Of a stretch of 64,000 bases of DNA, positions 45,601-54,236 are shown piece by piece. The notes beneath the pieces are model-generated. The model did not search any database. It saw only the letters and a program-made list of their open reading frames with translations, and was not told where the DNA came from. Numbering within the stretch: the stretch's first letter is position 1; each line of letters begins with the position of its first letter. Position numbers and translations under genes: made by a program. This stretch comes from a bacterium (lineage in GTDB: Bacteria > Patescibacteriota > Minisyncoccia > Phycocordibacterales > UBA2100), in NCBI GenBank assembly GCA_009924895.1, contig RFQR01000006.1, forward strand, positions 1,800 to 65,799. Reading direction: 5' to 3'.

Positions 45601-48254
45601 GTTGTTCCGTATCGAAGGACTGTATAATAATCATTTTCTATCACGCCCTCTGGCTTTGATTCTTCTCCAGGCTCTATAGGAAATATTTGAAAATATACGG
45701 GATCATTCGCGTATTCTTCTTGCATTCGCTGGAACTGGGCTTCTGAAAGAACCGCTGGTTGACGACCATGCGTTGGTTGGCATTGACTCACATAGCGCTT
45801 TAAAGAGGGATGTGATTTCGTATAATCAAATAGGCGACGGTCGGCCTCATGCAACTTATTTAGGAAAAAGTTTGCAATACCCGTTTCAGGTGTAGAGGAT
45901 TCATCCTCTGATTCAACGGGAGCCGTCACTTTTACTGGTTGTATATGCGCCCCTTGTAAATCTTCTTTAGGAGTGGCAGTAGCTTTTGCAATTTCTCGTT
46001 TCAGTTCCTCTACAGGGGCGGCTAGAGGATCTGCGCGAACAGGGGCAGGAGTATTGTCCTGTATAAGTTCCTCTGAATAGGGTGTTCCTTGTTGGGTAGC
46101 CACTTGTTGAGCAGCCTTCGCTTCCTCTTCTGTCATTTGGTCGTCCTGTTCATATGCAAAAAAATCAAGATAATCGGGTAACTCTTCAGGGACATTTTCA
46201 TCTGCATTTGCGGGTGCATCTGCTGGGACTTCTGGTGCATTTGCGGGTGCATTTGCTGGGACTTCTGGTGTTTCTGCTGGGACTTCTGGGACTTCTGGTG
46301 TTTCTGGTGCATCTGGTGCATCTGGTGCATCTGCAACACTTTCCTCATCCTCTGATTCTACTCCCTCCGCGCGTTGCAGCTCTTTCACAACACTTGCTCC
46401 CACCTTCAGTTCCTCTGCATCAATACCAATCATCAATGACATAGCTGTAATAATCCGCTGTAGATTTTCAAGGGAGTTTACATTATACAAATGGAATGTG
46501 TAAAAGGGGTGTTGGGCAAAAATGGCAATATCAATCCCAGAGTTATTTTCATGCATATATTCGCTAGATGCTGGATTCACAATAGCGACTGCACCCTGTG
46601 CCTGAAACTTTTTCGCCACTTGTTTCCGTGCTTCTGCCATATCAATTTGGAATTCATCTGCAACAAGATCTACCAAGTTCGTCGCAATCCCTTCCCCACG
46701 AAGAACTTTACGATGAATCACCTGTGTTATAAATGTTTGTATCCGATCCTCTGTGGCGAAGTTACTAACAACTTTAAAACGTAACATAAGAATCGGCTTT
46801 TCTCCAGGGAGGGGCGCAATTTCCTGAAAGAAAGATGTAAAAATGGGAAGGCGATCTCGTAACATTTTTGTAGTAATAGGAGGATTCTCCTTTTTCAAAC
46901 GAATACCTAATACAAATGTCGCCTTCTTAATATCAGGAATCGTATCAATATGCGATATTCCTTTTAGACTTTCTACAATCGTTTCGCCGAGAGATGGTAG
47001 ATCGGTGCGTGGGTCCAGCTTTTTAAACCCCCTAGGAGGCTCTATAATATAATCTGCCGTGCCCTCATCAAATAAACGCAATGTCCCATAAATAGGAGCT
47101 ACATTCGTAAGTCCATTCCGTATCAATATTTTGGCAAATACATAATCTTTCTCAGGCGTAGGGTTTCGTTCTTGTGACCATGCAATCAATAGTTTCGGAT
47201 CCTGAATATCAGGTATTTTCCCATCTGCCATATATATTTTAGTAATCCCAGCTCCCTCCACAGGTAGAAGGCGCATAAATGGACGGCGCTCATTCACTGC
47301 CGCCTCATAAAAGGGCGTCTCTATTCCTGCAATATTCTTCTTTTTTGCCCACGTAAGTTGTAAATATTTAACACCTGCAAGTGTTAGTTCAATACTCAAG
47401 GGAGTATCTTCATCTAATATAGACTGTAAGCGCATCAACAGTTGTTGTCGGCGTGAAAAAAGAATCGCCAGTCGTTCCGCCCGCGCCTTTTGTTCCGCAG
47501 TAGGCTCTTCCGTTCCCACTGGAAGATACGGAAAAAACGGATATAAGCGACCATTCCAATCTTTTTCACTGGGTGGTTTTGGCCCTGGAATCTGTTTCAA
47601 TAAACTCCTATATAAATATAGATGAAACTCAGGTATCACTTTTCCTCCACAATACGCACCCTTTAAAAAAGCGTCTTCAATCGTCACCCGCTCCCTGTTC
47701 ACAATACTTATAAGTCGTCGCTCTCCATTTGATTCAACAAATCTAGGGTCCGTTTTGGCACCTGTCACAAGTTCAAAAGGTAGGGCATTATAAAAGAGTT
47801 CTTTCGTGCTTAGAATACTGGGTTGATTCCATGTATAATCCACACTCACAGTCCCTTTGTTTTTATAGGGATTGCCTCCTGGTGTAGGTCCATGTGCACA
47901 CAAATAAGTAAACTCGGGTATTGCATTCGGATCTTTTTCCAAATGTATATACAGCGCCGTCTTAATATCCTGTAGAGTCATGAAGGGGAACATGTTTTTC
48001 AACACGATTTCTTTGGGCTCTACCGTGGGCTCTGTATGAAGCATAACAGTGAGCTCGCCGGACGGCATAGAGTCTCTAAAGCTTCCAAGTGTAGATGGAT
48101 ATAATACTTTTCTGATGAAATCAGGAATATCTTGTAGACCTGTGGCCATCTCTAACGTCACATACCAAAGTTTATTCCGTAGAATACGGAATGAACCGTG
48201 ATGTGTCAATACACTATCCTTTTGAAAAATCAGTACCATCTTTTGTGGCATCAT
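42606..48254 (-). CDS. 1882-aa protein, a candidate early transcription factor large subunit (vaccinia A7L / VETF-L-like), with an internal acidic Pro-rich repeat.
   Basis: KTHPEGFYLPCCFMEESPIQ resembles the A7L KYCIPCCFLHDQS motif. Long uninterrupted ORF. (PDA/PEV/PAN) repeats at ~46180-46340. Confidence 0.45.
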   Translation of the reverse strand: MMPQKMVLIFQKDSVLTHHGSFRILRNKLWYVTLEMATGLQDIPDFIRKVLYPSTLGSFRDSMPSGELTVMLHTEPTVEPKEIVLKNMFPFMTLQDIKTALYIHLEKDPNAIPEFTYLCAHGPTPGGNPYKNKGTVSVDYTWNQPSILSTKELFYNALPFELVTGAKTDPRFVESNGERRLISIVNRERVTIEDAFLKGAYCGGKVIPEFHLYLYRSLLKQIPGPKPPSEKDWNGRLYPFFPYLPVGTEEPTAEQKARAERLAILFSRRQQLLMRLQSILDEDTPLSIELTLAGVKYLQLTWAKKKNIAGIETPFYEAAVNERRPFMRLLPVEGAGITKIYMADGKIPDIQDPKLLIAWSQERNPTPEKDYVFAKILIRNGLTNVAPIYGTLRLFDEGTADYIIEPPRGFKKLDPRTDLPSLGETIVESLKGISHIDTIPDIKKATFVLGIRLKKENPPITTKMLRDRLPIFTSFFQEIAPLPGEKPILMLRFKVVSNFATEDRIQTFITQVIHRKVLRGEGIATNLVDLVADEFQIDMAEARKQVAKKFQAQGAVAIVNPASSEYMHENNSGIDIAIFAQHPFYTFHLYNVNSLENLQRIITAMSLMIGIDAEELKVGASVVKELQRAEGVESEDEESVADAPDAPDAPETPEVPEVPAETPEVPANAPANAPEVPADAPANADENVPEELPDYLDFFAYEQDDQMTEEEAKAAQQVATQQGTPYSEELIQDNTPAPVRADPLAAPVEELKREIAKATATPKEDLQGAHIQPVKVTAPVESEDESSTPETGIANFFLNKLHEADRRLFDYTKSHPSLKRYVSQCQPTHGRQPAVLSEAQFQRMQEEYANDPVYFQIFPIEPGEESKPEGVIENDYYTVLRYGTTAQNQNYYICCRYFCTKDEIMIRESDLESSVMRRPKGAPKRPGECPFCKGKVIQSRRYPKAGETILEREMKPNTGRRHLYIKFLKAKTHPEGFYLPCCFMEESPIQFTDPAFDRYREWGEKPKTKTKSVTLEDSDEEEEQIATSRDDAGIPILDYYVTLAGVTKKYIVGAEKMPLDVSLLVGKARGEAQVGLLPPIFDTYFNQDSTQLVSRTFNPQKIKEGGTGFLRIGVENRARFQNDSFLAAVAPYYMLNNADQMKSFLLSKITPRIFLGLNYGNMVLEFYDPANSTLRRPKDSAIMKWASDELQVDVDESNREAIVRAYMSYYSFEEWLKSDKTKKEFRHFALALSQSNLITRKAFGVGTTFIVLDILKSGKVSVRCPPYGYNAELMAQNNVAFLMHHWSGIWEPIFYVDNRSVEQRGMDIFTLIFQMTDASVWPDIVTQRLQEYMNQCSSNGRAAYTSQSKIHPMAMIPASISNSIFIKELSVSMVGIIRDAYNHLGALVYKFKTQEGYIALPVVDDGRLFIKGNLFLDWDDPAFKPASLQQVLQFYKMFIEPHFALYKGYVPRRIVKGQQSGEIEAIQLRNGLYVPVGPTKPDVVEKLMTENKLESVTVGMMEWKINHDISFKEESIEVPGEKARMDEIEFQEVFEHLRIRFSNWLAAKEDGGDFRELLKSIIFSHKLPMHEKRKALSIHLWKTVQSWITTDFTEEDKKRSHETSLLRVDCHFKNKEACGGRCAWREEKGKCLLHVPKETHVGGQEKAVSAPEILLARLIEELLRYAEKRRQLLEQDVSRLATLDKPVTIEGNQRIYPEKSAAWYELLRLDWATTKEEVPKFYEEMSRIATATPLAPQDESTKLPPTLENFLQGGEPDPKTGALRLKRGTFDTLLAPIGMTSAGLGIGPDTKELDDKTLARILHEISMPVIQIDIRSDPPKYRAFKPIRPSAPGVPVFIITEEGPALLLLSPELPQFLTRDDMPRGLKQIYEKADSLLRFRKP

Positions 48255-48825
48255 ATGTAGGTTGATCCGTGATTTTCATACCACAATAGGATACGGGGTG
48301 GGCGCGAAAATCACGATGTTTGTAAATGCCAATATGCTCCGCTTCTTGTAAAAGCCATGCAAAGTTATTCCAAAAATCTGGACCATGCCCCACTGTTTTC
48401 GTAATCATGTGGCCCATTTCATGTATCGCTACGAACGTTACAATATCCTCGTTCACGAGCGATTCATTCGACCCTTCACGCTCTCGAAGACAGAAATAGA
48501 CAGATTCGCCTTTGTTTACACTGTAACTTGTAAACTCGGCCTCAGGAGTCGCTTCATATATCCTGGACGCCTGTGCTTCAAAGTTATTCACCAACTGCTT
48601 TACTTGAGGCTTGTCGGGGAAAGAACTTTCCACGTGTAACTTCAACTTGTTCATTTTGATACGAACTTTTGCCATCATATCTGCAGCTTCTTGCTTATCA
48701 AGCATATCACGCACAGAATATATCTGTCCGTCGATGTTACTTTTTACTTTTACAATTGGATATTTAGATGCGCCGAGACCTACATAGCTAAGAGCATATG
48801 TAAGAGAACCGGCTAAATCTCCCAT
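48214..48825 (-). CDS. SprT-like zinc metallopeptidase.
   Basis: FVAIHEMGHMITKTVGHGPDFW matches the HExxH...GHGxxF SprT/Spartan signature. Confidence 0.55.
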   Translation of the reverse strand: MGDLAGSLTYALSYVGLGASKYPIVKVKSNIDGQIYSVRDMLDKQEAADMMAKVRIKMNKLKLHVESSFPDKPQVKQLVNNFEAQASRIYEATPEAEFTSYSVNKGESVYFCLREREGSNESLVNEDIVTFVAIHEMGHMITKTVGHGPDFWNNFAWLLQEAEHIGIYKHRDFRAHPVSYCGMKITDQPTYDATKDGTDFSKG

Positions 48826-49136
48826 CTATTGTGGGGAGAAGAATTGTTAGACGAACGTCGTACGTTTATAAGTATTATATGTGGTATTTATTTGATGTTA
48901 GGGAGTGATAGTTATACGTTGGGAAGACCATGTTTAACAGTTTGTCCATAATGCCTTGGCTTCGTGGCATGCGTAGTAGTAGACACGACACTGTGTCTGT
49001 CTGCCTGTGTTGAGTTGAGCTGAGTCTGAGCCTTGACTTGTGGCTCGTGGCTCGGAGGTAAATTAAGCGTTTGGGCTTATGTTTTTCGACCTAGCTTATT
49101 TTCGTCTACCGACCACCATGTCTCTTTAACTCGGAC

Positions 49137-50381
49137 TCAATCGACTTTCTCTTTCATTTTCGACGCTGAGTAACGCGTAGAACTTCTTGGGTTCACGGGA
49201 GACCTTCCTAGGTTTGGTAATCTAAATTCCTTAAACCTCCTCGTAGAACCGACTGAGGTTTGTGGTAAAGAATGTAAAGAAAGTAAAGAAAGGGGGTTAT
49301 GTAATGTAAGAGGGGGAGTTAGGTTACGCGTAGAACTTTGGGTCACGGGAGACCTTCCTACGGTTGGTGATCTAAAATCCTTAAACCTCCTCGTAAAATC
49401 GGCTGAGGTTTCTGGGAAAGAATGAGAAAGGGATCTCTGTAGTGTAGGAGAGCGAGATAGTTTACGCGTAGAACTTCTTGGGTTCACGGGAGACCCTACT
49501 AAGGTTGGTGGCGCTGAATTAAAGGGGTTATTTAATCCCTGAAGCCGTTCGGCATTAGCCCTATAAGAGCTATTTTCCCCTATACGGTAACCCCGCCGCC
49601 GCATAATATCCCTCAACGCCTCCTCCCTTGCATCAAGTATTTGCTGTTTCTGATTGTTACGCGTAAGCCTTTCTGCATTACGTCTTATTTTATACTGTTC
49701 TAGTGCAGTTCGAATCTTCCCTATAATGCCTTTTTTAGGTTTTATAATACCTTCTATTATCTTTGAAAGCGTATTAACAAGTTTTTTTTCCTGGTTTGTG
49801 TAGGGAGTGGAAAATGTCATAGAATCGTTCCAGGAGCCATTTGGATTACCTTGTGCGTAATATGCCGCTTTCAGCTTTTCCGTCCTATCATCAAAAAATT
49901 TTTTTAAAAGGCTTCTTGCAGTCGCGGCCTCGTTATTACGCAGTTGTTCTTGACTTGCTTTGTGTGCTTGAAGGGCGTCTAAGCCCGCCTTATGACGAGC
50001 GGAATGGGATCCCACCGTTTTTTTCGCCTCTTTTTCTGCTTCTTTTAGTGCCTCGCGCATTGCGCGCGCCGCTTTTGCATTAAATCTACTAACTTTACTG
50101 AATGGGTTATAACCCTCTCGTAAGGCAGTGAGTCTAGATTTAATACCATTATACCACTTCCTAGTCTTAAGTGCGTTTCGGCTAGGTTTATTAAACTGAA
50201 TCGCCTTTGCTCGTCGTGATCCAGTCTTGGAGGTCTTTGTCTTTGTCTTTGTCTTTGTCTTTGGACTTGCTCTGGCAGCTGCCCTATATGTTTCTCCTGT
50301 ACTACCCATATTTCCTGTAATCTTTCGACCTAATCCTAAGACTTTTGTGAAACCATTCTTGAGAGTTTTAAAAAATCCCAT
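49137..50381 (-). CDS. Highly basic low-complexity protein (KT repeats, S/T/P/R-rich C-terminal repeats), a candidate DNA-binding or core protein.
   Basis: KTKTKTKTKT tract. The C-terminal domain is built of about 3 tandem copies of TRRFK(D/E)FR.P..GRSPV...SSTR. Confidence 0.45.
   Translation of the reverse strand: MGFFKTLKNGFTKVLGLGRKITGNMGSTGETYRAAARASPKTKTKTKTKTSKTGSRRAKAIQFNKPSRNALKTRKWYNGIKSRLTALREGYNPFSKVSRFNAKAARAMREALKEAEKEAKKTVGSHSARHKAGLDALQAHKASQEQLRNNEAATARSLLKKFFDDRTEKLKAAYYAQGNPNGSWNDSMTFSTPYTNQEKKLVNTLSKIIEGIIKPKKGIIGKIRTALEQYKIRRNAERLTRNNQKQQILDAREEALRDIMRRRGYRIGENSSYRANAERLQGLNNPFNSAPPTLVGSPVNPRSSTRKLSRSPTLQRSLSHSFPETSADFTRRFKDFRSPTVGRSPVTQSSTRNLTPPLTLHNPLSLLSLHSLPQTSVGSTRRFKEFRLPNLGRSPVNPRSSTRYSASKMKEKVD
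49160..49525. repeat. About 140-bp tandem repeat x about 2.6 within the 3' coding part of the basic protein gene.
   Basis: tacgcgtagaacttcttgggttcacgggagacc... recurs at ~49170, 49326 and 49463. Confidence 0.8.
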
Positions 50382-50505
50382 GTATCTATTTATATATCAC
50401 AGTATTTTTCTAGTATCCATTGCCACAGATAAGCACCCTCAAGGAGGATTCTTATTTGGAGTATACATGTTAGCATATCAAGATATCTTCGGCATATTCC
50501 TAGAT

Positions 50506-51054
50506 TTACGCAATCTCTAGAGAACGACGATTCACATCAGGTTCAATCGTAGGAACGTTAAAGACAGTCACAGGCACTTGAGGATTGGGAGGCTCGGACC
50601 GGAGTTGGTAGTTGGCGTTCCGGAGACTTTGACCCACCGTATTCACACCAATCAGAGCCCCAGCGGAAAGGAAGTTCTTCCCCTTCAATGACCCAGTTCC
50701 CATAGGATTCTGCTGGGCCCAGACGGAGTTCGCGTCCTTTGGTAGCAGCTCGGAAGGGGTCAACTGGTCGCGAGGATAACAACCTGCGGGCTGCTCTGCG
50801 CTCCCAAAGTTCGCAGGACCCGACGAAGGAGTAGGAACCACTTCAGGTGCAGTCTTTACGATTTGTTCGCGCACAGAGCCTGCAACGGCCCTGGATCCAG
50901 GAGATGCAGATGTATTGGATGCAGCAGAAAGAGTTGCTTGAAATCCATCACGCTGTGCAAACATCCCAGGGTTTGCATATGCCAACGTCAATACGACGCC
51001 CGCTAAAATAACTAGTGCCCCCAATGCATTCATACTTCCAGAGGTACCTACCAT
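50506..51054 (-). CDS. Signal-anchored secreted or membrane protein, hypothetical.
   Basis: N-terminal hydrophobic segment ALGALVILAGVVLTLAYA. Confidence 0.4.
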   Translation of the reverse strand: MVGTSGSMNALGALVILAGVVLTLAYANPGMFAQRDGFQATLSAASNTSASPGSRAVAGSVREQIVKTAPEVVPTPSSGPANFGSAEQPAGCYPRDQLTPSELLPKDANSVWAQQNPMGTGSLKGKNFLSAGALIGVNTVGQSLRNANYQLRSEPPNPQVPVTVFNVPTIEPDVNRRSLEIA

Positions 51055-51078
51055 ACTTGTTTCTGTATTAGCACGAGC

Positions 51079-51756
51079 CTATATTTTTGTCGTTTCCATT
51101 TCTCCATCCGAAGTTAGTTCGGATTCTGACCCATCCATTTCAAAATTTCCATATCGTTTCCAATAACGGTCTGCAAGTTCTTCTGCGCGAAGGCGGGACA
51201 AAGATGCCCTGAGCCGGGCCTGACGAATATGTTTACGAGCCCGCTCTCGTTTGGCTCTTTCCTCTGAAGAACTTGCCCCATATGGAATACTATCTTCTAG
51301 GACTTCTGTAATAGGGTGTTCCGGAAGTTCTATTTTTAAATCATTTGAATCACCCAGTTCATCCAAAAATCCGGGAGGAATTCGAAATGAAACTTGTTCC
51401 ACTTCCACTAACGTGAAATATACTTCATAGCGGGTAGGGTAAAAGAGAATGCGAGCCGGAATCCAGGTAGCTCGGAAGGTTTCTTCCGTGCCGAGATATG
51501 GCGGTATATCTACTTCCTCCGTAATCCATTGATATACGACTCTTTTATAGAACATGGCTAGATCCAATGACTTGGAAAAATACTTAGATGCCTGTTGTAA
51601 AAACTCTTTGAAAAATTGTTCCGTCGTATCTCCTTGCATGACGATAAGTTTTGTCGGGTCTTTCGTAGTTACTTCAATCCTCGGGGCACATTTAAATGTG
51701 AATGTATAGCACTTTTTTGCAGAATCGAACTGGGGTGGAAGCACTTCGAAGCTCAT
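51079..51756 (-). CDS. Hypothetical protein with a basic/acidic C-terminus.
   Basis: 225-aa ORF. Confidence 0.45.
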   Translation of the reverse strand: MSFEVLPPQFDSAKKCYTFTFKCAPRIEVTTKDPTKLIVMQGDTTEQFFKEFLQQASKYFSKSLDLAMFYKRVVYQWITEEVDIPPYLGTEETFRATWIPARILFYPTRYEVYFTLVEVEQVSFRIPPGFLDELGDSNDLKIELPEHPITEVLEDSIPYGASSSEERAKRERARKHIRQARLRASLSRLRAEELADRYWKRYGNFEMDGSESELTSDGEMETTKI

Positions 51757-51801
51757 GTGCGTAGACCTTTGTAATAAGTTTTAATATTTATATCGTAGAA
51801 A

Positions 51802-52050
51802 ATGACGAAGCCCGGGACAAATACAAACACAATTTTTAAGAAAGTGTTTGATTATATAAAACAGGATGAAATACGTCATAAAATACAAGAAGAACTCGTG
51901 GACCCTCTCATAGAACATATCATGAAGCGTGTATTTCCATATATCATACTTACATGTGTATTTTTCATATTGCTTCTTATAGTTGTTCTCTTAACGCTCG
52001 GCATCATTGTGTTTCAAATGCGTAGAAGTAGTTTACCCGGAGTAGAATGA
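51802..52050 (+). CDS. Small single-pass membrane protein.
   Basis: 82 aa with a C-terminal TM helix ILTCVFFILLLIVVLLTLGIIVF. Confidence 0.4.
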   Translation: MTKPGTNTNTIFKKVFDYIKQDEIRHKIQEELVDPLIEHIMKRVFPYIILTCVFFILLLIVVLLTLGIIVFQMRRSSLPGVE

Positions 52051-52466
52051 ATCCACCTCCAAACGCTATAACACCTACTGGAAATCCTGTAGAGCATATT
52101 GGAAATTTGATTCGTCATTGGGTGTTTTATGATACAAAAATATCAGATCTCAACAAACAGATTGGTAGCGCAAGAAGCACGCGCAATACATATGAAACAG
52201 AGATACTTCAGAAACTTCGTGAAAACAATATCATACATCCGGTTATTCAAACGGCAGGGGGGCGCTTGATTGTATCCGATGATAAACATACAGCGCCATT
52301 GACATTCACCAATCTCGAATCACTCTTACATAAATATTATGCAAAAAAACCGGGGGCATACGATGAAACAAGTGATATTTTGAAATTTATAAAAGCAAAT
52401 CGCGAGACAACTATTACACCGTGTTTAAAACGGCAAGGTGTTCCTCGCACACGTAATACAACATAA
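52047..52466 (+). CDS. Hypothetical protein.
   Basis: 139-aa ORF whose start overlaps the previous stop. Confidence 0.4.
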   Translation: MNPPPNAITPTGNPVEHIGNLIRHWVFYDTKISDLNKQIGSARSTRNTYETEILQKLRENNIIHPVIQTAGGRLIVSDDKHTAPLTFTNLESLLHKYYAKKPGAYDETSDILKFIKANRETTITPCLKRQGVPRTRNTT

Positions 52467-52482
52467 AGCATCTTTACAATAT

Positions 52483-53010
52483 ATGACTAGGGATATGGCA
52501 TTTTGGGAAGATATTGAATGGAAAGCATGGTTACGAGAGTATGTCACTTGGAAGAATGAGCAGATTCCACGACATGCAGCTATTCGTCATTTTTGTAATG
52601 AACTTTGTATATTTCTTCATTTCCATGGCTATTTCTTACGTGTCAATCGCAATACACTGAAATCACATATAGCGACTGGATTATATAACAGTCGAACATC
52701 GTGTAATATAACACACTGGATATTCGGAGAACAAGATGCGGACTATCAGCATAAAGTATATTTTGCACACGTGATTGATTCTACGGAATGGAACAAATTC
52801 TGGAACACATCCGCAAAATGGTGCGATCTAGATGCGAATGTTCTATATGGTCTTGAACGTCAATATTGTATTGAACATTATGTTTGGACACAGCTAGATT
52901 TAGGTATATCAAAACATACACGAACGGTGAATGAATTATTAGGCTTAGATGATGATATAATATCAGAAAATGAAAATCATGACACGATATTCCAAGATAT
53001 GAATGATTAA
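52483..53010 (+). CDS. Hypothetical His/Trp-rich protein.
   Basis: ORF 52438..53010 trimmed to the Met at 52483. Confidence 0.4.
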   Translation: MTRDMAFWEDIEWKAWLREYVTWKNEQIPRHAAIRHFCNELCIFLHFHGYFLRVNRNTLKSHIATGLYNSRTSCNITHWIFGEQDADYQHKVYFAHVIDSTEWNKFWNTSAKWCDLDANVLYGLERQYCIEHYVWTQLDLGISKHTRTVNELLGLDDDIISENENHDTIFQDMND

Positions 53011-54233
53011 CTGCTAGACCACTTTGAATTATTAAAGGGTCGCATAAATAAAGAATCCACTTCTTTTTCAAATTCGTGCACTTTAGTATCGAATTTCAAG
53101 GCGTCGGGTGTTTTAGGTATTTTGCCATTTTTCATTAACATTTCTTCATCATGGGCGGATTGAGATGGTTTCTTGCCATAGCAATTCACTCCATATAACA
53201 TATCGGGATTATCAAAATATCCTCCATTGAGTCCAACCGTCCCACATGCGCCGTGATCATCCGCCGGGCCGTTTTGAATTTTATCATATGTTTCTTGTTG
53301 AGTTGGATATACGGCCATTTGCCCCTTCACCCAACCATAGTTGCACCAATCCGCGCCTTTACTCCAAGCATTTTTGACTTGTTCATATGTGGCTAGTTCT
53401 GCTCCAAGAGATTTACATAAAGGCTCCGCATCATAATAGGTGAACTTGTTGTGAGAGACATTATATACTTCATTACTACCTGTCGGAAGTACTTTCTCTA
53501 CAATATTATTCATCTGTATTTCCTGCTTGGGAGTTATGGTTTGAGGAGGTATAGGTGCTTGTGTTATAGGGGGTGTCGTATCAACAACAGGTAAAGGTGG
53601 TTTAGATATACCAAGGGACATTTTAATAGATCTCGAAAGATATTCATATCCGTGTGATATTTGTTTATTAAAAATGGCAAAGACCACTAAAAATACTGTA
53701 AAAAATGCAATAAAAATCCAGAGGGGGGATATCCAAGAACTGGAGATTTTTCCACTATTGTTTGCAGCCATATTGAACATATTCGATCCACTCGCAGATC
53801 CACTCGCAGATCCACTTGCAGATCCACTTGCAGATCCACTCGCATTTTTAGAGTTTGAGTTTCCAAAAATATTAAACATGCTGTTATTTGCAGCATTATT
53901 TTTCGTATTCGCCCCACTTTCTTTTTTTGTGTTTACCATGTTTGTATTTGTTCGAGGCGGGGATGCATTTCCAAACGGTAATAAACTATTAAAAGATGAA
54001 GTCTTATTTGCAGCAGGTATTACAGAACTTATTGCAGAACTCGCTGCATTTACTGCAGTGGTTGCCGCGGAACTCGCTGCATTTACTGCAGTGGTTGCCG
54101 CAGAACTGGCTGCACTTGCAAGTGCATTTACTGCCCCTGTAGTTACTCCAAATGCGCTTGTTAAAGCTCCCGCAACGGGATTTTGTCCTATAGGATTCGA
54201 AGCAGTCGCGTTCATCTCTACCGTGTTGTGCAT
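53007..54233 (-). CDS. Membrane protein with a C-terminal Link (hyaluronan-binding, Xlink) module.
   Basis: A/S-rich N-terminus, (SGSA)n, TM (aa 168-188), Pro-rich stalk, then KFTYYDAEPLCKSLGAELATYEQVKNAWSKGADWCNYGWVKGQMAVYPTQ...GACG...CYG, which fits the Link module (TSG-6/CD44 type, 4 Cys). Confidence 0.5.
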   Translation of the reverse strand: MHNTVEMNATASNPIGQNPVAGALTSAFGVTTGAVNALASAASSAATTAVNAASSAATTAVNAASSAISSVIPAANKTSSFNSLLPFGNASPPRTNTNMVNTKKESGANTKNNAANNSMFNIFGNSNSKNASGSASGSASGSASGSASGSNMFNMAANNSGKISSSWISPLWIFIAFFTVFLVVFAIFNKQISHGYEYLSRSIKMSLGISKPPLPVVDTTPPITQAPIPPQTITPKQEIQMNNIVEKVLPTGSNEVYNVSHNKFTYYDAEPLCKSLGAELATYEQVKNAWSKGADWCNYGWVKGQMAVYPTQQETYDKIQNGPADDHGACGTVGLNGGYFDNPDMLYGVNCYGKKPSQSAHDEEMLMKNGKIPKTPDALKFDTKVHEFEKEVDSLFMRPFNNSKWSSS

Positions 54234-54236
54234 AAT

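Noticed and set aside
46133-46444. His/Gln-repeat ORFs (MHQMHQKHQKSQ..., LLGLLVHLRVHL...) around 46150-46440.
   Set aside because: They are alternative-frame or antisense readings of the PDA/PEV tandem repeat inside the 1882-aa gene.
49680-49700. tRNA-like T-arm string gcagTTCGAATcttcc.
   Set aside because: The flanking bases do not pair into a T-stem, there is no acceptor or anticodon arm, and it lies inside a coding region.
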